Source of the DNA: Betaproteobacteria bacterium
GTDB lineage: Bacteria > Pseudomonadota > Gammaproteobacteria > Burkholderiales > Burkholderiaceae_E
Assembly: GCA_016868175.1 (NCBI GenBank)
Contig: VGHO01000001.1
Location: 15,543 to 79,542, forward strand
Direction: 5' to 3'
Length of the DNA: 64,000 nt
Positions 46,799 to 55,866 of this stretch are shown here, one piece after another (position 1 is the stretch's first letter; every line of letters starts with the position of its first letter). The translations under genes and the position numbers were made by a program. The notes beneath the pieces were generated by a model that had not been told where the DNA came from, did no database searches, and saw nothing but the letters and a program-made list of their open reading frames with translations.

Positions 46799-48484
46799 TC
46801 AGCCGCCGCCGTGCGTTTGTGGCCCGGAGGCGCCCAGGGCCTGAGCAAGCGCATGCCCCTCCTCGTCGGCCAGCGCCGCAGCGCGCAGGGCGGCGACCCG
46901 TTCATGCTGTCGGGGGCCCGGTTGTCGCCAGACGATCTGGAGCTTTTCGAAGCTGCGCCATCCCCTTGCATGGGTGTCCCCGTAGCCCTTGACCAGTTGC
47001 TGGCAGCGCACGATCTCGAGAGCCAGCGGCAGATCCCGCCGCGCGGCTGCTGCATGCACATCGGCAAGCCATGCATGGATGCGCGCCTCCTCCACCGCAA
47101 ACCGCAAGGACCCGCGTCGCCAGCGCTTGAGGCGCGCCAGCGCCCACAATTGCAGGAAGCCGCGCAGCGAAGTGGTCTCCACGATCCGGCCGCGTGAGGC
47201 AATCCGCTCAACCATCCGGCCAAGCCATCCACGCTTGAGCAGGTGACGCCCGAGCGCTGCGGGCAGGGTGTCCGCAACCTCCTGCAGGCGGGGGTGGAGG
47301 TACTCCCGAATCGACAGCAACTCGCCAGGCCCCGCCCGCACTTCGGACCGCACCCGATGAAAGCGGCTGTCACGCGTCTTGAGTTCGGCCACCCGGACTG
47401 CGTCCTCCCAGCTCATCCAGAGCGCAAGATGCCGCGCGGCTTCGGCGATCAGCAACTCGCCCTCCGGCTGCCGCTCGGGGGCCCTTGCGGCCGCCACGCT
47501 GGCGCGCAACGCCGCAAGCCGTTCGAGGTAGTCGTTGGCCCAGGCTGGGTCCTGGTAGTCGATCAGCCGGCGCAGTCCCGTCACGACGACCCGCCGGGTT
47601 GCCGCTTCGTGATGCTCCCGTGCGGCGCGGTCGAGCAGCGCCTGCACCTGCGGATGGGCAGCAACCGGCATCGCCTCTGGGGTGCCGGCGGGCAACGCTG
47701 GCTCCTTCGAACGGGCTGGGAGCGGCAGGTGTTGCGGGGGCGATACGTTGGCTGGACGCGGCGGGTGCAGCGGGGGTGATTCGTTGCCTGGGAGCGGCGG
47801 GCGCAGCGCCTGATCGTAGCCCGCGCTGAAGGCGCGGAGGCTCGCAGCGCCGCCGATGCCGCCTCGGCGGATCGTCTCCATGTAGTCATCGCGGCCAAAG
47901 GGCAGTGCCTCGCTTGCGGCAAGTGCGCCCAGCAGCACCGCGCTGATCACGCTGCCCTCCTCCTCGGCCACCCTTTGCATGTCAAAGGCGATCAGCCGGC
48001 GAGCCGCAGCGCTGGCCGATGCGAGGAGTGCCGCGCTCTGCGCGCGACCATCGCCAAGCGCGGTTTTCTCGGCCATGGCGTAGACCCTGTGGGTGGAGCT
48101 CACGAGGACAGTTCGCTCAGGGGTGACGAGTCCCCGCTGCACTGCACGGGCCGCCTCCATGAGCTCGGAGGCGATCACCACATCCACATCGCCCGGAAGG
48201 GGCATCAGCGCCATCACCGGGCTCGCGTTGCTGCCGGCATGCAGCACAATCTCCACGTAGTACACGGTGGCACCGGTGCGCTGCGCGACTCCGGGCACCG
48301 AGGTGCTCTGCGCCACGTGACCGTGATGCTCGGCAAGGTCAACCAGCCAGTCGGCGAAGACCCCGCCGCCCTCGCCGCCCATCGCGAGCACTGCGATGCG
48401 GATCAGCCGTGGAGGTTCCCGACTCAGACGGATTCCCCGATCGACCAGCGCGCGCTGCGCGCTGCATCGCGGCGCTGCAGCCAC
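46799..48484 (-). CDS. iorB: Indolepyruvate/arylpyruvate ferredoxin oxidoreductase beta subunit family (long form)
   Basis: IAVLAMGGEGGGVFADWL and ASELMEAARA motifs of the IorB gamma-like domain, plus a long C-terminal helical domain. The start is uncertain (GTG 48484 overlaps the iorA end). Confidence 0.7.
   Translation of the reverse strand: MAAAPRCSAQRALVDRGIRLSREPPRLIRIAVLAMGGEGGGVFADWLVDLAEHHGHVAQSTSVPGVAQRTGATVYYVEIVLHAGSNASPVMALMPLPGDVDVVIASELMEAARAVQRGLVTPERTVLVSSTHRVYAMAEKTALGDGRAQSAALLASASAAARRLIAFDMQRVAEEEGSVISAVLLGALAASEALPFGRDDYMETIRRGGIGGAASLRAFSAGYDQALRPPLPGNESPPLHPPRPANVSPPQHLPLPARSKEPALPAGTPEAMPVAAHPQVQALLDRAAREHHEAATRRVVVTGLRRLIDYQDPAWANDYLERLAALRASVAAARAPERQPEGELLIAEAARHLALWMSWEDAVRVAELKTRDSRFHRVRSEVRAGPGELLSIREYLHPRLQEVADTLPAALGRHLLKRGWLGRMVERIASRGRIVETTSLRGFLQLWALARLKRWRRGSLRFAVEEARIHAWLADVHAAAARRDLPLALEIVRCQQLVKGYGDTHARGWRSFEKLQIVWRQPGPRQHERVAALRAAALADEEGHALAQALGASGPQTHGGG
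47714..47821 (-). repeat. 36-nt x about 3 in-frame tandem repeat inside iorB (NESPPLHPPRPA / NVSPPQHLPLPA)
   Basis: Plus-strand units are ggctgggagcggcaggtgttgcgggggcgatacgtt at 47714 and ggctggacgcggcgggtgcagcgggggtgattcgtt at 47750, with a decayed third unit at 47786. Confidence 0.8.
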
Positions 48485-50715
48485 GCAATCACGGCATTGC
48501 GCAGCCGTTGGCGCAGCCGATCCCAGGCCGAGGGATGGCTGACGATGCTCGCCCTGTAGAACGACGGGCACAGGGCCGCTGCATGCGCCACTTCTCCGCA
48601 AAGCCCACACCCCACGCACGACTCGACCACGGTGGCCACCGGTTCGGTCCGCAAGGGGTCGGGGTTGCTCCGGATCGTGAGCGAGGGACACCCGGACAAA
48701 CGGATACATGCGCGATCCCCGGTGCAGGTATCCGCATCCACGCCGAAACGTTCACGTACAACGCGCTCGCCGGCGGCAAGGCGCCTGCGCAGCTGTGGGC
48801 GTTCGCGTCGCTGCAGGTTGAGCATGCACTCGCTTTGCGCCACCACCACCTTGGGTCCCGGTTCCGTTGAACGAAGCGCCTGCCGGAGCGCATCCATCAT
48901 CGACTTCAGGTTGTAGGTGTGTGTGACAGTGCGGACCCAGCTGACCCCAACGCCGCGGACCGCTTGCTCGATGGCATGCCCGGTGCTGCGTGTGGGGTTG
49001 GCTGTCTTCGACGAGAGGATGTCCTGGCCACCGGTGGCCGAGGTGTAGCTGTTGTCAACGATCAGTGTGACGTTGCTCGAACGGTTGAATACCGCGTTGG
49101 CAACGCCGCTGGTGAGACCGTTGTGCCAGAAACCTCCGTCGCCCATCACGCTGATCACCCGCTTGCCTGCCTGCACATTCATCGCCGCAGCGCTCGCGGT
49201 ACCCAGCCCGTAGCCCATGGTGGTATTGCCAAGGTTGAACGGTGGAAGGATGGAGAAAAGATGGCAGCCGATGTCGGCCGCCACATGGTGCGGGCCAAGT
49301 TCGCGCTCGAGCAGCTTCATGGCTGTGAAGATCGGTCGCTCAGGACAGCCGGTACAGAATCCCGGCGGCCGGTTGTGCACAACCGCTTCCGGGTGCAGTG
49401 CGATGACCCGGCTCGGCGCCCTGGGCATCCCGGTTGCGCGATCCTCGTGCGGCCGATCGCCTGGCACCTCAGGCCAGCCGTGGGGTTGCATGGTGCGCCT
49501 GGAATCAACGGGCAGAACCCCGTGCTCCTCGAGAAAGCATCGAAGGCCGGCGAGCAATGCCGCTGCGGTGTACTCGCCTGCAACGGGCAGCATATCCTTG
49601 CCGTGCAGAGCGCAGCCACTTCCCCGCGCGCGCAGGATCGCTGCGATGTTTTGCTCGAGGAAATTGGGCTGACCTTCCTCCACCAGCAGGATGGCGCGCC
49701 GGTGGGTGCAGAAATCAGCGATCTCCTCCTCGAGCACCGGGTAGCTTACGTTCATGACATGGATCGGAACTGCACTACGACCAAAGAGGTCTGCAAGCCC
49801 GAGATTGAGCAGTACCCGCATCAGGGTGTTGTAGTGCCCTCCCTGCGTGATGATTCCGATGCAAAGCGCAGCCTGGGCCGCCTGCGCGTCGACAACCTGG
49901 CCCAGGCCTGTTGCTTCGCCCGCAGCCAGTACCCTGCGTCCGCCAGGCCCGAAGCGCTCGTTCAAGCCGTGCTCGCGGATGAAGCGGACTGCCGAGGGCC
50001 AGCGCGCCAGCACCTTTTCCTGTTCATGCGCAAAGCTCGCCGGGGGAAGCACGATCCGTGCGGTGTCGCGCCGGGGCTGCTCCATGGCCTCGCGCAGTGT
50101 GAACCGGGGCGATCGATTGCGGCCTGCAACAAAGTGCCCGTGCACATGGCAGGCACGGATGCGCAGCTGCAGCATCACCGGCGTGTTGCTCGCCTCGCTC
50201 AGTTCGAAGCCAGTCTTGACTGCGCTCACGATCGAGGGAAGGTTCGGGCGCGGGTCGAGGAGCCAGATTTGCGACTTCATCGCGAAGGCGTGGCTCCGCT
50301 CCTGCATGATCGAGCTGCCCTCGCCGTAGTCCTCGCCAACGATGATCAGCGCTCCGCCGGTCACGCCCCCCGAGGCAAGATTGGCGAGTGCATCGCTCGC
50401 AACGTTCGTCCCAACGGTGCTCTTGAAGCTTGCCGCACCGCGTAGTGGGTAGTTCACACTGGCGGCAAGCGTCGCGGCCGCAGTGGCCTCGCTCGCGCTG
50501 CTCTCGAAGTGGATGCCGTAGTCTGCGAGGATGTCCTGCGCATCGGCAAGCACATCCATGAGGTGGGAAATCGGCGCCCCCTGATAACCGGCCACGTAGG
50601 CCACGCCCGACTCGAGCAAGGCCTTGGTAACCGCAAGAATGCCCTCGCCGCGAAAGATCTCGCCCTCCGAAAGGCGAAGCTTCTGGACTTCTTCCTTGAA
50701 CGACCGCTCGGCCAT
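48424..50715 (-). CDS. iorA: Indolepyruvate ferredoxin oxidoreductase alpha subunit
   Basis: ATG at 50715. ThDP motif GDGGFWHNG and C-terminal ferredoxin-like Cys clusters (CTGDRACIRLSGCPS, CVGCGLCGEV). Confidence 0.85.
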   Translation of the reverse strand: MAERSFKEEVQKLRLSEGEIFRGEGILAVTKALLESGVAYVAGYQGAPISHLMDVLADAQDILADYGIHFESSASEATAAATLAASVNYPLRGAASFKSTVGTNVASDALANLASGGVTGGALIIVGEDYGEGSSIMQERSHAFAMKSQIWLLDPRPNLPSIVSAVKTGFELSEASNTPVMLQLRIRACHVHGHFVAGRNRSPRFTLREAMEQPRRDTARIVLPPASFAHEQEKVLARWPSAVRFIREHGLNERFGPGGRRVLAAGEATGLGQVVDAQAAQAALCIGIITQGGHYNTLMRVLLNLGLADLFGRSAVPIHVMNVSYPVLEEEIADFCTHRRAILLVEEGQPNFLEQNIAAILRARGSGCALHGKDMLPVAGEYTAAALLAGLRCFLEEHGVLPVDSRRTMQPHGWPEVPGDRPHEDRATGMPRAPSRVIALHPEAVVHNRPPGFCTGCPERPIFTAMKLLERELGPHHVAADIGCHLFSILPPFNLGNTTMGYGLGTASAAAMNVQAGKRVISVMGDGGFWHNGLTSGVANAVFNRSSNVTLIVDNSYTSATGGQDILSSKTANPTRSTGHAIEQAVRGVGVSWVRTVTHTYNLKSMMDALRQALRSTEPGPKVVVAQSECMLNLQRRERPQLRRRLAAGERVVRERFGVDADTCTGDRACIRLSGCPSLTIRSNPDPLRTEPVATVVESCVGCGLCGEVAHAAALCPSFYRASIVSHPSAWDRLRQRLRNAVIAWLQRRDAARSARWSIGESV

Positions 50716-51115
50716 GTCCTGAAGTTCCCCGCGAGCTCTAAAGTCCTGATCCAGTGGTGGTTGACCGACTGCAGGGCCTGCCTCAGAGGTCAACCCTTGA
50801 GCCGGAACGAAACAGACGTCCACGGTGGGCCTCGTTCATGGCAGGCCACCCCTTCATGCAGGCGCTGTCAAGCTGGCACGTCCCCCGAGGCTCTGCGCCG
50901 ATGCGACGATGCGCCAACGCTGATCCTGCGAGTATCCGCATAATGGTCGCGATGCGTACTCCCGAGGCGCGGGCCGGCGGTGGGCGGCGCAAGTGGTGCT
51001 CAGGTTGACGCCTTCGCCGTCGCTTTCGTCTTCGTCTTCGTCTGTCTTCGTCTTTATATCCTGCCCGACCATGCCTGTGCGCATCCCGCTTTCCTTAGCT
51101 TAGCCCCAGCTTCAC

Positions 51116-52051
51116 ATGACGCCAACCGCCGCCCCCGGCTGCGAGGGGTTCCTCGCGAAACTGCGCAACGCCTGGAAGCAATCCGGGTCGATGCTCTGCG
51201 TTGGGCTCGACCCGGACCCGCGGCGCTTTCCTCTGCATTTGCGTGGCCGAACCAACGCCATCCTCGAGTTTTGCGCTGGCGTTGCCGATGCAACCGCTCC
51301 CTTTGCCTGCGCATTCAAGCCGCAAATCGCCTGCTTTGCAAGCGCCGGCGCCGAAGATCAACTGACGGGTCTGATGGAGCACCTGCGGGCGTTTCATCCG
51401 CAGATTCCTGTCGTTCTCGATGCCAAGCGCGGTGACATCGGCAGCACGGCAGAACACTACGCGCGCGAAGCCTTCGAACGCTACAAGGCCGACGCGGTCA
51501 CCGTCAGCCCCTACATGGGGGGCGATTCGATCAACCCCTATCTCGCCTATGCAGGCCGCGGCGTGATCATTCTCTGCAGAACCTCGAATCCAGGGGGCGC
51601 AGATCTGCAGGCGCTCCCTGTGGGCCTTGCAACCGCTCGCGGGCAGGTGGCGCCCCCGGAAGCTGCTCCATTTGCCGGGCATTGTGCCCTCTATGAGCAT
51701 GTGGCGCATCTTGCCGCAACCCGGTGGAACGCAGGGGGCCAGATCGGCCTCGTGGTGGGGGCGACCTACCCTGGGGAACTTCGCCGCGTGAGAGAGATTG
51801 CCCCTGATCTTCCGCTGCTCGTACCTGGCATCGGCGCGCAGGGTGGGGATATCGAAGCCGCGGTCGGCGCAGGTCTTGACCGGCGCGGGTTCGGCATGAT
51901 GATCAATTCTTCACGCGCAATCCTTTACGTGAGCAGCGGCGGGGATTACGCCTGTGCGGCAGCGCGTGTTGCAGAACAGACGGCCGAGGCAATACGGCGG
52001 GCAGCGCGCAGGCAGACAGGCGATGCGCATCCTGCTGGTGGAAGACGATGA
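51116..52051 (+). CDS. pyrF: Orotidine-5'-phosphate decarboxylase (type 2, long form)
   Basis: [16 protein letters not shown] and [14 protein letters not shown] motifs. Confidence 0.9.
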   Translation: MTPTAAPGCEGFLAKLRNAWKQSGSMLCVGLDPDPRRFPLHLRGRTNAILEFCAGVADATAPFACAFKPQIACFASAGAEDQLTGLMEHLRAFHPQIPVVLDAKRGDIGSTAEHYAREAFERYKADAVTVSPYMGGDSINPYLAYAGRGVIILCRTSNPGGADLQALPVGLATARGQVAPPEAAPFAGHCALYEHVAHLAATRWNAGGQIGLVVGATYPGELRRVREIAPDLPLLVPGIGAQGGDIEAAVGAGLDRRGFGMMINSSRAILYVSSGGDYACAAARVAEQTAEAIRRAARRQTGDAHPAGGRR

Positions 52052-52493
52052 GGTCATTGCAAACGGCCTGAGCCGCTCGCTTCGGCAGGCCGGCTACGCC
52101 GTGGATCATCTTGTATCCGGCTACCGCGCCCACAACGCCCTCGGGCTCGATGCGTCCGATCCTGTGATCCTCGACCCTGGATGACCTGGTATCCCCGGGC
52201 TGGAAGTACTCAGGCGCTTGCGGGCCCGTCAGTCTGCGGTGCCTGTGCTGATCCTCACCGCCACCGACTCGGTGGAGCGGCGGGTGCGCATGCTCGATGC
52301 CGGCGCCGGTGACTTCATCGCCAAGCCCTTTGCACCGGGGGAACTCGAGGCGCGGGTCCGTGCGCTTGTCCGGACCGAAAGTCCCGGGCAGCCGGGCACC
52401 GTATTCGGGGTGGCCGCGGGCACAGCCGGATGCCGCTTCAGTCTGCTGTTTCAGCGCGAGGGGGGGCGTCACTTGCAGGTGACCCCTGCATAA
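52022..52493 (+). pseudogene. OmpR-type response regulator remnant (in-frame TGA, no DNA-binding domain)
   Basis: Receiver-domain motifs [19 protein letters not shown] and AKPF lie in one frame that is interrupted by TGA at 52182-52184, where the family has Leu. The frame ends 19 nt before tRNA-Met, with only about 35 residues after the receiver domain. Confidence 0.75.
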
Positions 52494-52512
52494 TCCGCTA
52501 CACTTTGCTCCA

Positions 52513-52589
<77 letters not shown>

Positions 52590-52644
52590 GATAAATCAGC
52601 GACTTGGCGAATCCTTGAGGGTTCGTCAGGTCTGTTTCCGCGGA

Positions 52645-52718
52645 TTTCCCACCGTTTTTCCACGGTTTTCCCGCCGTTCTCCCACCGTTCTCCCGCCGTT
52701 TTCCCACCGGTGGGAAAA
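52645..52718. repeat. About 11-nt degenerate tandem repeat (six units of the form ttcccRccgtt) ending in a 20-nt perfect palindrome
   Basis: ttcccaccgttt ttccacggtt ttcccgccgt tctcccaccgt tctcccgccgt tttcccaccggtgggaaaa. The palindrome ttttcccaccggtgggaaaa lies at 52699-52718. Confidence 0.9.
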
Positions 52719-52815
52719 CCGCAGGCAATTGAGCTGCTCACAGAACAGGGCGAGGCTTTCTCCAGGCAAACGCTGGCCCGACCTCGTCTGGCTTGCGCGC
52801 AGCGCGCGCAGAGCG

Positions 52816-53187
52816 CTACGACTTGTCCTTGCAGGGAAACGCCTGAATCATGGCCTCCCGCACGAGAACGCTGGCGTGGCGGCCAAGCAGGGCGGGATTG
52901 CTCTCGAGGTAGCGTCGAATCACGGCCTTGTGCTGCTGCAGCGTGCCGTCCTTGGGCATGCAAACCCGGGGATCGGTATGTGCAAGCATCAGTACCGAGC
53001 CGATCACAAAGCCGTTCAGGTGCCCCAGCAACTCACGGTCGGCCGCAGGGTTCTGGCTCAGACCATCGTTGATGCGTCGCTCCACATGGAAGCCCTGCTG
53101 TACCAGATCGTTGCCGGTGCTGATCCCAAAGGCACCCGCGGCATGCGGAACCGCCAGCGCAAGCACTGCAGCGAGGATCTTCTTCAT
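52816..53187 (-). CDS. Secreted Rap1a/Tai4-like immunity-type protein (orphan)
   Basis: GGAG lies upstream of the ATG at 53187. A signal peptide (MKKILAAVLALAVPHAAGA) is followed by the pattern GFVIG...VCMPKDGTLQQHKAVIRRYLESNP...AFPC, which resembles the Rap1a immunity family. Confidence 0.5.
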   Translation of the reverse strand: MKKILAAVLALAVPHAAGAFGISTGNDLVQQGFHVERRINDGLSQNPAADRELLGHLNGFVIGSVLMLAHTDPRVCMPKDGTLQQHKAVIRRYLESNPALLGRHASVLVREAMIQAFPCKDKS

Positions 53188-53213
53188 CGCATACTCCACC
53201 TTATCCACGGACT

Positions 53214-53327
53214 TCAGGGTTGTTGCTGATCGCGCGCCTGCCAGCCACGCCGGTATCCTGCACGAAATCCCAGCCAGGCGGCAAGCGCAGAGGCCCCGAT
53301 CAGAATCATGACAATTGCGGCAATCAC
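53214..53327 (-). CDS. Candidate 37-aa single-pass membrane micro-protein
   Basis: GGGAGGA sits 5 nt upstream of the GTG at 53327. The product is VIAAIVMILIGASALAAWLGFRAGYRRGWQARDQQQP, and the stop lies 26 nt upstream of the Rap1a-like ATG. It is below the ORF-track length cutoff. Confidence 0.3.
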   Translation of the reverse strand: MIAAIVMILIGASALAAWLGFRAGYRRGWQARDQQQP

Positions 53328-53406
53328 ATGGATCCTCCCGGAAGCCTGGCCCAGAGCGTGTAACTGCGCCCTGTTGCACTGAACAACTCCCCACCGGGGT
53401 TGAACA

Positions 53407-53874
53407 TTACCCGGGTATCCTGCAAACGTCCACCCAGGTTGCGCCCGTCAGTTGCGCAAGCGCCGAGGGTGCGATGCACAACGCCGAATTGCGGCTGCCG
53501 GCAGCCGGATACACCCGGTCGAAGACCCGCATCGAAACGTCGGCATACACCGGAAGCGGCGCGCGCAGACCAAAGGGGCACACGCCACCCACCGGATGCC
53601 CGGTCAGCAACTCCACGTCCCCGGGTGCAAGCATCCTGGCTTTGCCGAAGCGCTGCTTGAACTTCACATTGTCGATGCGTGCATCGCCGCGTGTGACGAG
53701 CAGGATCACCGTGGGGTCAGCAAGCCTGAATGCGAGCGTTTTTGCAATGTGCGCAGCCTCAACGCCAAGCACTCGCGCCGCACTTTCCACCGTGGAAGTC
53801 TCTTCGCTCGTCTCGATGATCGTGAGGTCAAGCGCGAGGTCTTCAAAGTGCTGCCGCACCGATTCCAGGCTCAT
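53407..53874 (-). CDS. YbaK/EbsC-family aminoacyl-tRNA deacylase
   Basis: IAKTLAF...GHPVGGVCPFGL motif of the YbaK / prolyl-tRNA editing domain. 155 aa. Confidence 0.75.
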   Translation of the reverse strand: MSLESVRQHFEDLALDLTIIETSEETSTVESAARVLGVEAAHIAKTLAFRLADPTVILLVTRGDARIDNVKFKQRFGKARMLAPGDVELLTGHPVGGVCPFGLRAPLPVYADVSMRVFDRVYPAAGSRNSALCIAPSALAQLTGATWVDVCRIPG

Positions 53875-54121
53875 GCGTGGCTCGTGCAGCTGCCTTCAGG
53901 CGCTTGCGACAGGACCGGGCAGAATCGGGGATTGGTCATGCGGCGGGTGCGTTCAGCGTGGGTGATGCGTGGAGGCCAGGCGCGTGTTGGGCAGGGTGGA
54001 TGCGTGTGGGCCACACACATGGCCGGTGCCTGGGATCATAGCCTCCTGCGCACCGGGGAGGACTTCAGTCTGAATACCTCTTACACTCAGGCTTCAACGT
54101 TCAACAAAAGGAGACCGTCTT

Positions 54122-55156
54122 ATGGCAAAACGACTTTCCCGGTGGGGCCTCTGTCTGGCAACGCTCGCGGTGCCGGCATTCGCTGCCGCCCAGACGATCA
54201 CGCTCAAGGTCCACCATTTCCTCGGGCCCCAGTCGATCCAGCACACCAAGATGCTGGCTGACTGGTGCAGCAACATCGCCCGTGACTCGAACAACCGTCT
54301 GCAATGCCAGATCTTTCCGGCGATGCAACTCGGCGGATCGCCTCCGCAGCTCTTCGACCAGGCCAAGGACGGCGTGGCCGATGTGGTGTGGACAGTTGCC
54401 GGGTACTCCGCAGGTCGCTTCCCGAAGTCGGAGATCTTCGAGTTGCCCTTCATGATGACCAACGCCGATGCCACCAGCCGCGCGGCCTGGGATTATGTGC
54501 AGAAGTACGCGATGGACGAGTACGCGCAAGTGAAGCTTCTCGCAGTCCATGTTCATGGTCCCGGCAACATCTTCACCCGCAACAAACCGATCACCTCGCT
54601 CGCCGACTTCAAGGGAATGAAGTTGCGCGCGCCCACCCGTCTCACCACCAAGATGCTCGGTATGCTTGGCGCAACGCCGGTGGGAATGCCGGTGCCGCAA
54701 GTGCCCGAGGCTCTCTCCAAGGGTGTGATCGACGGCGCGGTCATTCCCTATGAGGTGGCGCCTGGACTGCGCGTCCACGAACTCACCAGGTTCGTGGCCG
54801 AACCCGACCGCAGCTACGAGGCGCTCTACACCACCTTCTTCATCGTGCCGATGAACAAGGCCCGCTACGACTCCCTTCCCGCTGACCTCAGGGCCGTGAT
54901 CGACAAGAATTCCGGTCGCGAGTTCTCGGCTTTCCTCGGACGTACCCAGGCCGGCAATGACGTTCCCGGGCGCGCAACCTTCGCGTCCACTGCGGGATAC
55001 ACCATCAACACCATCCCCAAGGCCGAACTCGAGAAATGGAAGCAGGCCACCGACAAGCTCGACGATGAGTGGGTTGAGGACATGAACAAGCGCGGGGTCG
55101 ACGGCAAGGCGCTGCTTGCGGCGGCGCGGGACCTGATCAAGAGCTACACCAGGTAG
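54122..55156 (+). CDS. TRAP transporter substrate-binding protein (DctP family), orphan
   Basis: A signal peptide followed by a DctP-like fold pattern (LKVHHFL..., MKLRAPT, GVIDGAVIPYE). No DctQ or DctM genes lie nearby. Confidence 0.75.
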   Translation: MAKRLSRWGLCLATLAVPAFAAAQTITLKVHHFLGPQSIQHTKMLADWCSNIARDSNNRLQCQIFPAMQLGGSPPQLFDQAKDGVADVVWTVAGYSAGRFPKSEIFELPFMMTNADATSRAAWDYVQKYAMDEYAQVKLLAVHVHGPGNIFTRNKPITSLADFKGMKLRAPTRLTTKMLGMLGATPVGMPVPQVPEALSKGVIDGAVIPYEVAPGLRVHELTRFVAEPDRSYEALYTTFFIVPMNKARYDSLPADLRAVIDKNSGREFSAFLGRTQAGNDVPGRATFASTAGYTINTIPKAELEKWKQATDKLDDEWVEDMNKRGVDGKALLAAARDLIKSYTR

Positions 55157-55169
55157 GTTCCGGCAAGTC

Positions 55170-55838
55170 GTGCACTACAACACGCAGACGAACCGTCATG
55201 GCATGCGGCACGACCCCTTCAAGGCGGTGGTCGTACCGCGGCCGATTGGTTGGGTTTCCACGGTTGCAGCCAACGGGGTGCTCAATCTGGCTCCCTACAG
55301 CTTCTTCAACGCTGTGAGCGACAAGCCGCCCATGGTGGTCTTCTCCTCGGGCGGACGCAAGGACAGCCTGCGCAACATCGAGCACAGTGGAGAGTTCTGC
55401 TTTTCGCTTGCCACGCATGCGCTGCGCGACGCGATGAACATGAGTTCGGCTGCGGTGGCACCGGACGTCGACGAGTTTGCACTCGCAGGCCTCACGCCCG
55501 CCAACTCCGTCCTGGTGAAGGCACCCCGGGTGGCGGAGAGCCCGGTGGCGCTCGAGTGCAGGCTGTGGAAGATCGTTCCGATGCCTGCCCCGCACGGCTC
55601 AACCGAGTCGTTCTGGACGGTGGTCTTTGGCGAAGTGGTGGGGGTCTACATCGACGACCGCTATCTGCGCGAGGGCCGGGTGGATGTGGCCGCGATCCGG
55701 CCGATCGCACGACTGGGCTACATGGACTATGCAGTGGTGGGCGCAGAAAACATCTTCGAACTCAAGCGACCGGAAGTGAGCGCCGACGGCATGTCGGCGC
55801 ACTTCAACGCCAAGGCGTGGGACGGCGTGTACCGCTGA
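55170..55838 (+). CDS. Flavin reductase family protein
   Basis: PRPIGWVST...NLAPYSFFN...ESPVALEC is the pattern of the flavin reductase-like FMN-binding domain. Confidence 0.8.
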   Translation: MHYNTQTNRHGMRHDPFKAVVVPRPIGWVSTVAANGVLNLAPYSFFNAVSDKPPMVVFSSGGRKDSLRNIEHSGEFCFSLATHALRDAMNMSSAAVAPDVDEFALAGLTPANSVLVKAPRVAESPVALECRLWKIVPMPAPHGSTESFWTVVFGEVVGVYIDDRYLREGRVDVAAIRPIARLGYMDYAVVGAENIFELKRPEVSADGMSAHFNAKAWDGVYR

Positions 55839-55866
55839 GCGCTGCAGCGCAAGGCACCTGCCTGCC

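Noticed and set aside
50716-51115. Hidden small gene or regulator in the 400-nt iorA/pyrF divergent region
   Set aside because: Only short ORFs with odd composition are present (for example 50854..51084, an Asp/Glu run produced by the cgtctt microsatellite). None has a ribosome-binding site or motif support.
52182-52184. The in-frame TGA in the response regulator as selenocysteine or programmed read-through
   Set aside because: The position corresponds to a conserved Leu of the receiver domain, neighbouring conserved residues are also mutated, the output domain is missing, and no SECIS-like hairpin is evident. A pseudogene is the simpler reading.
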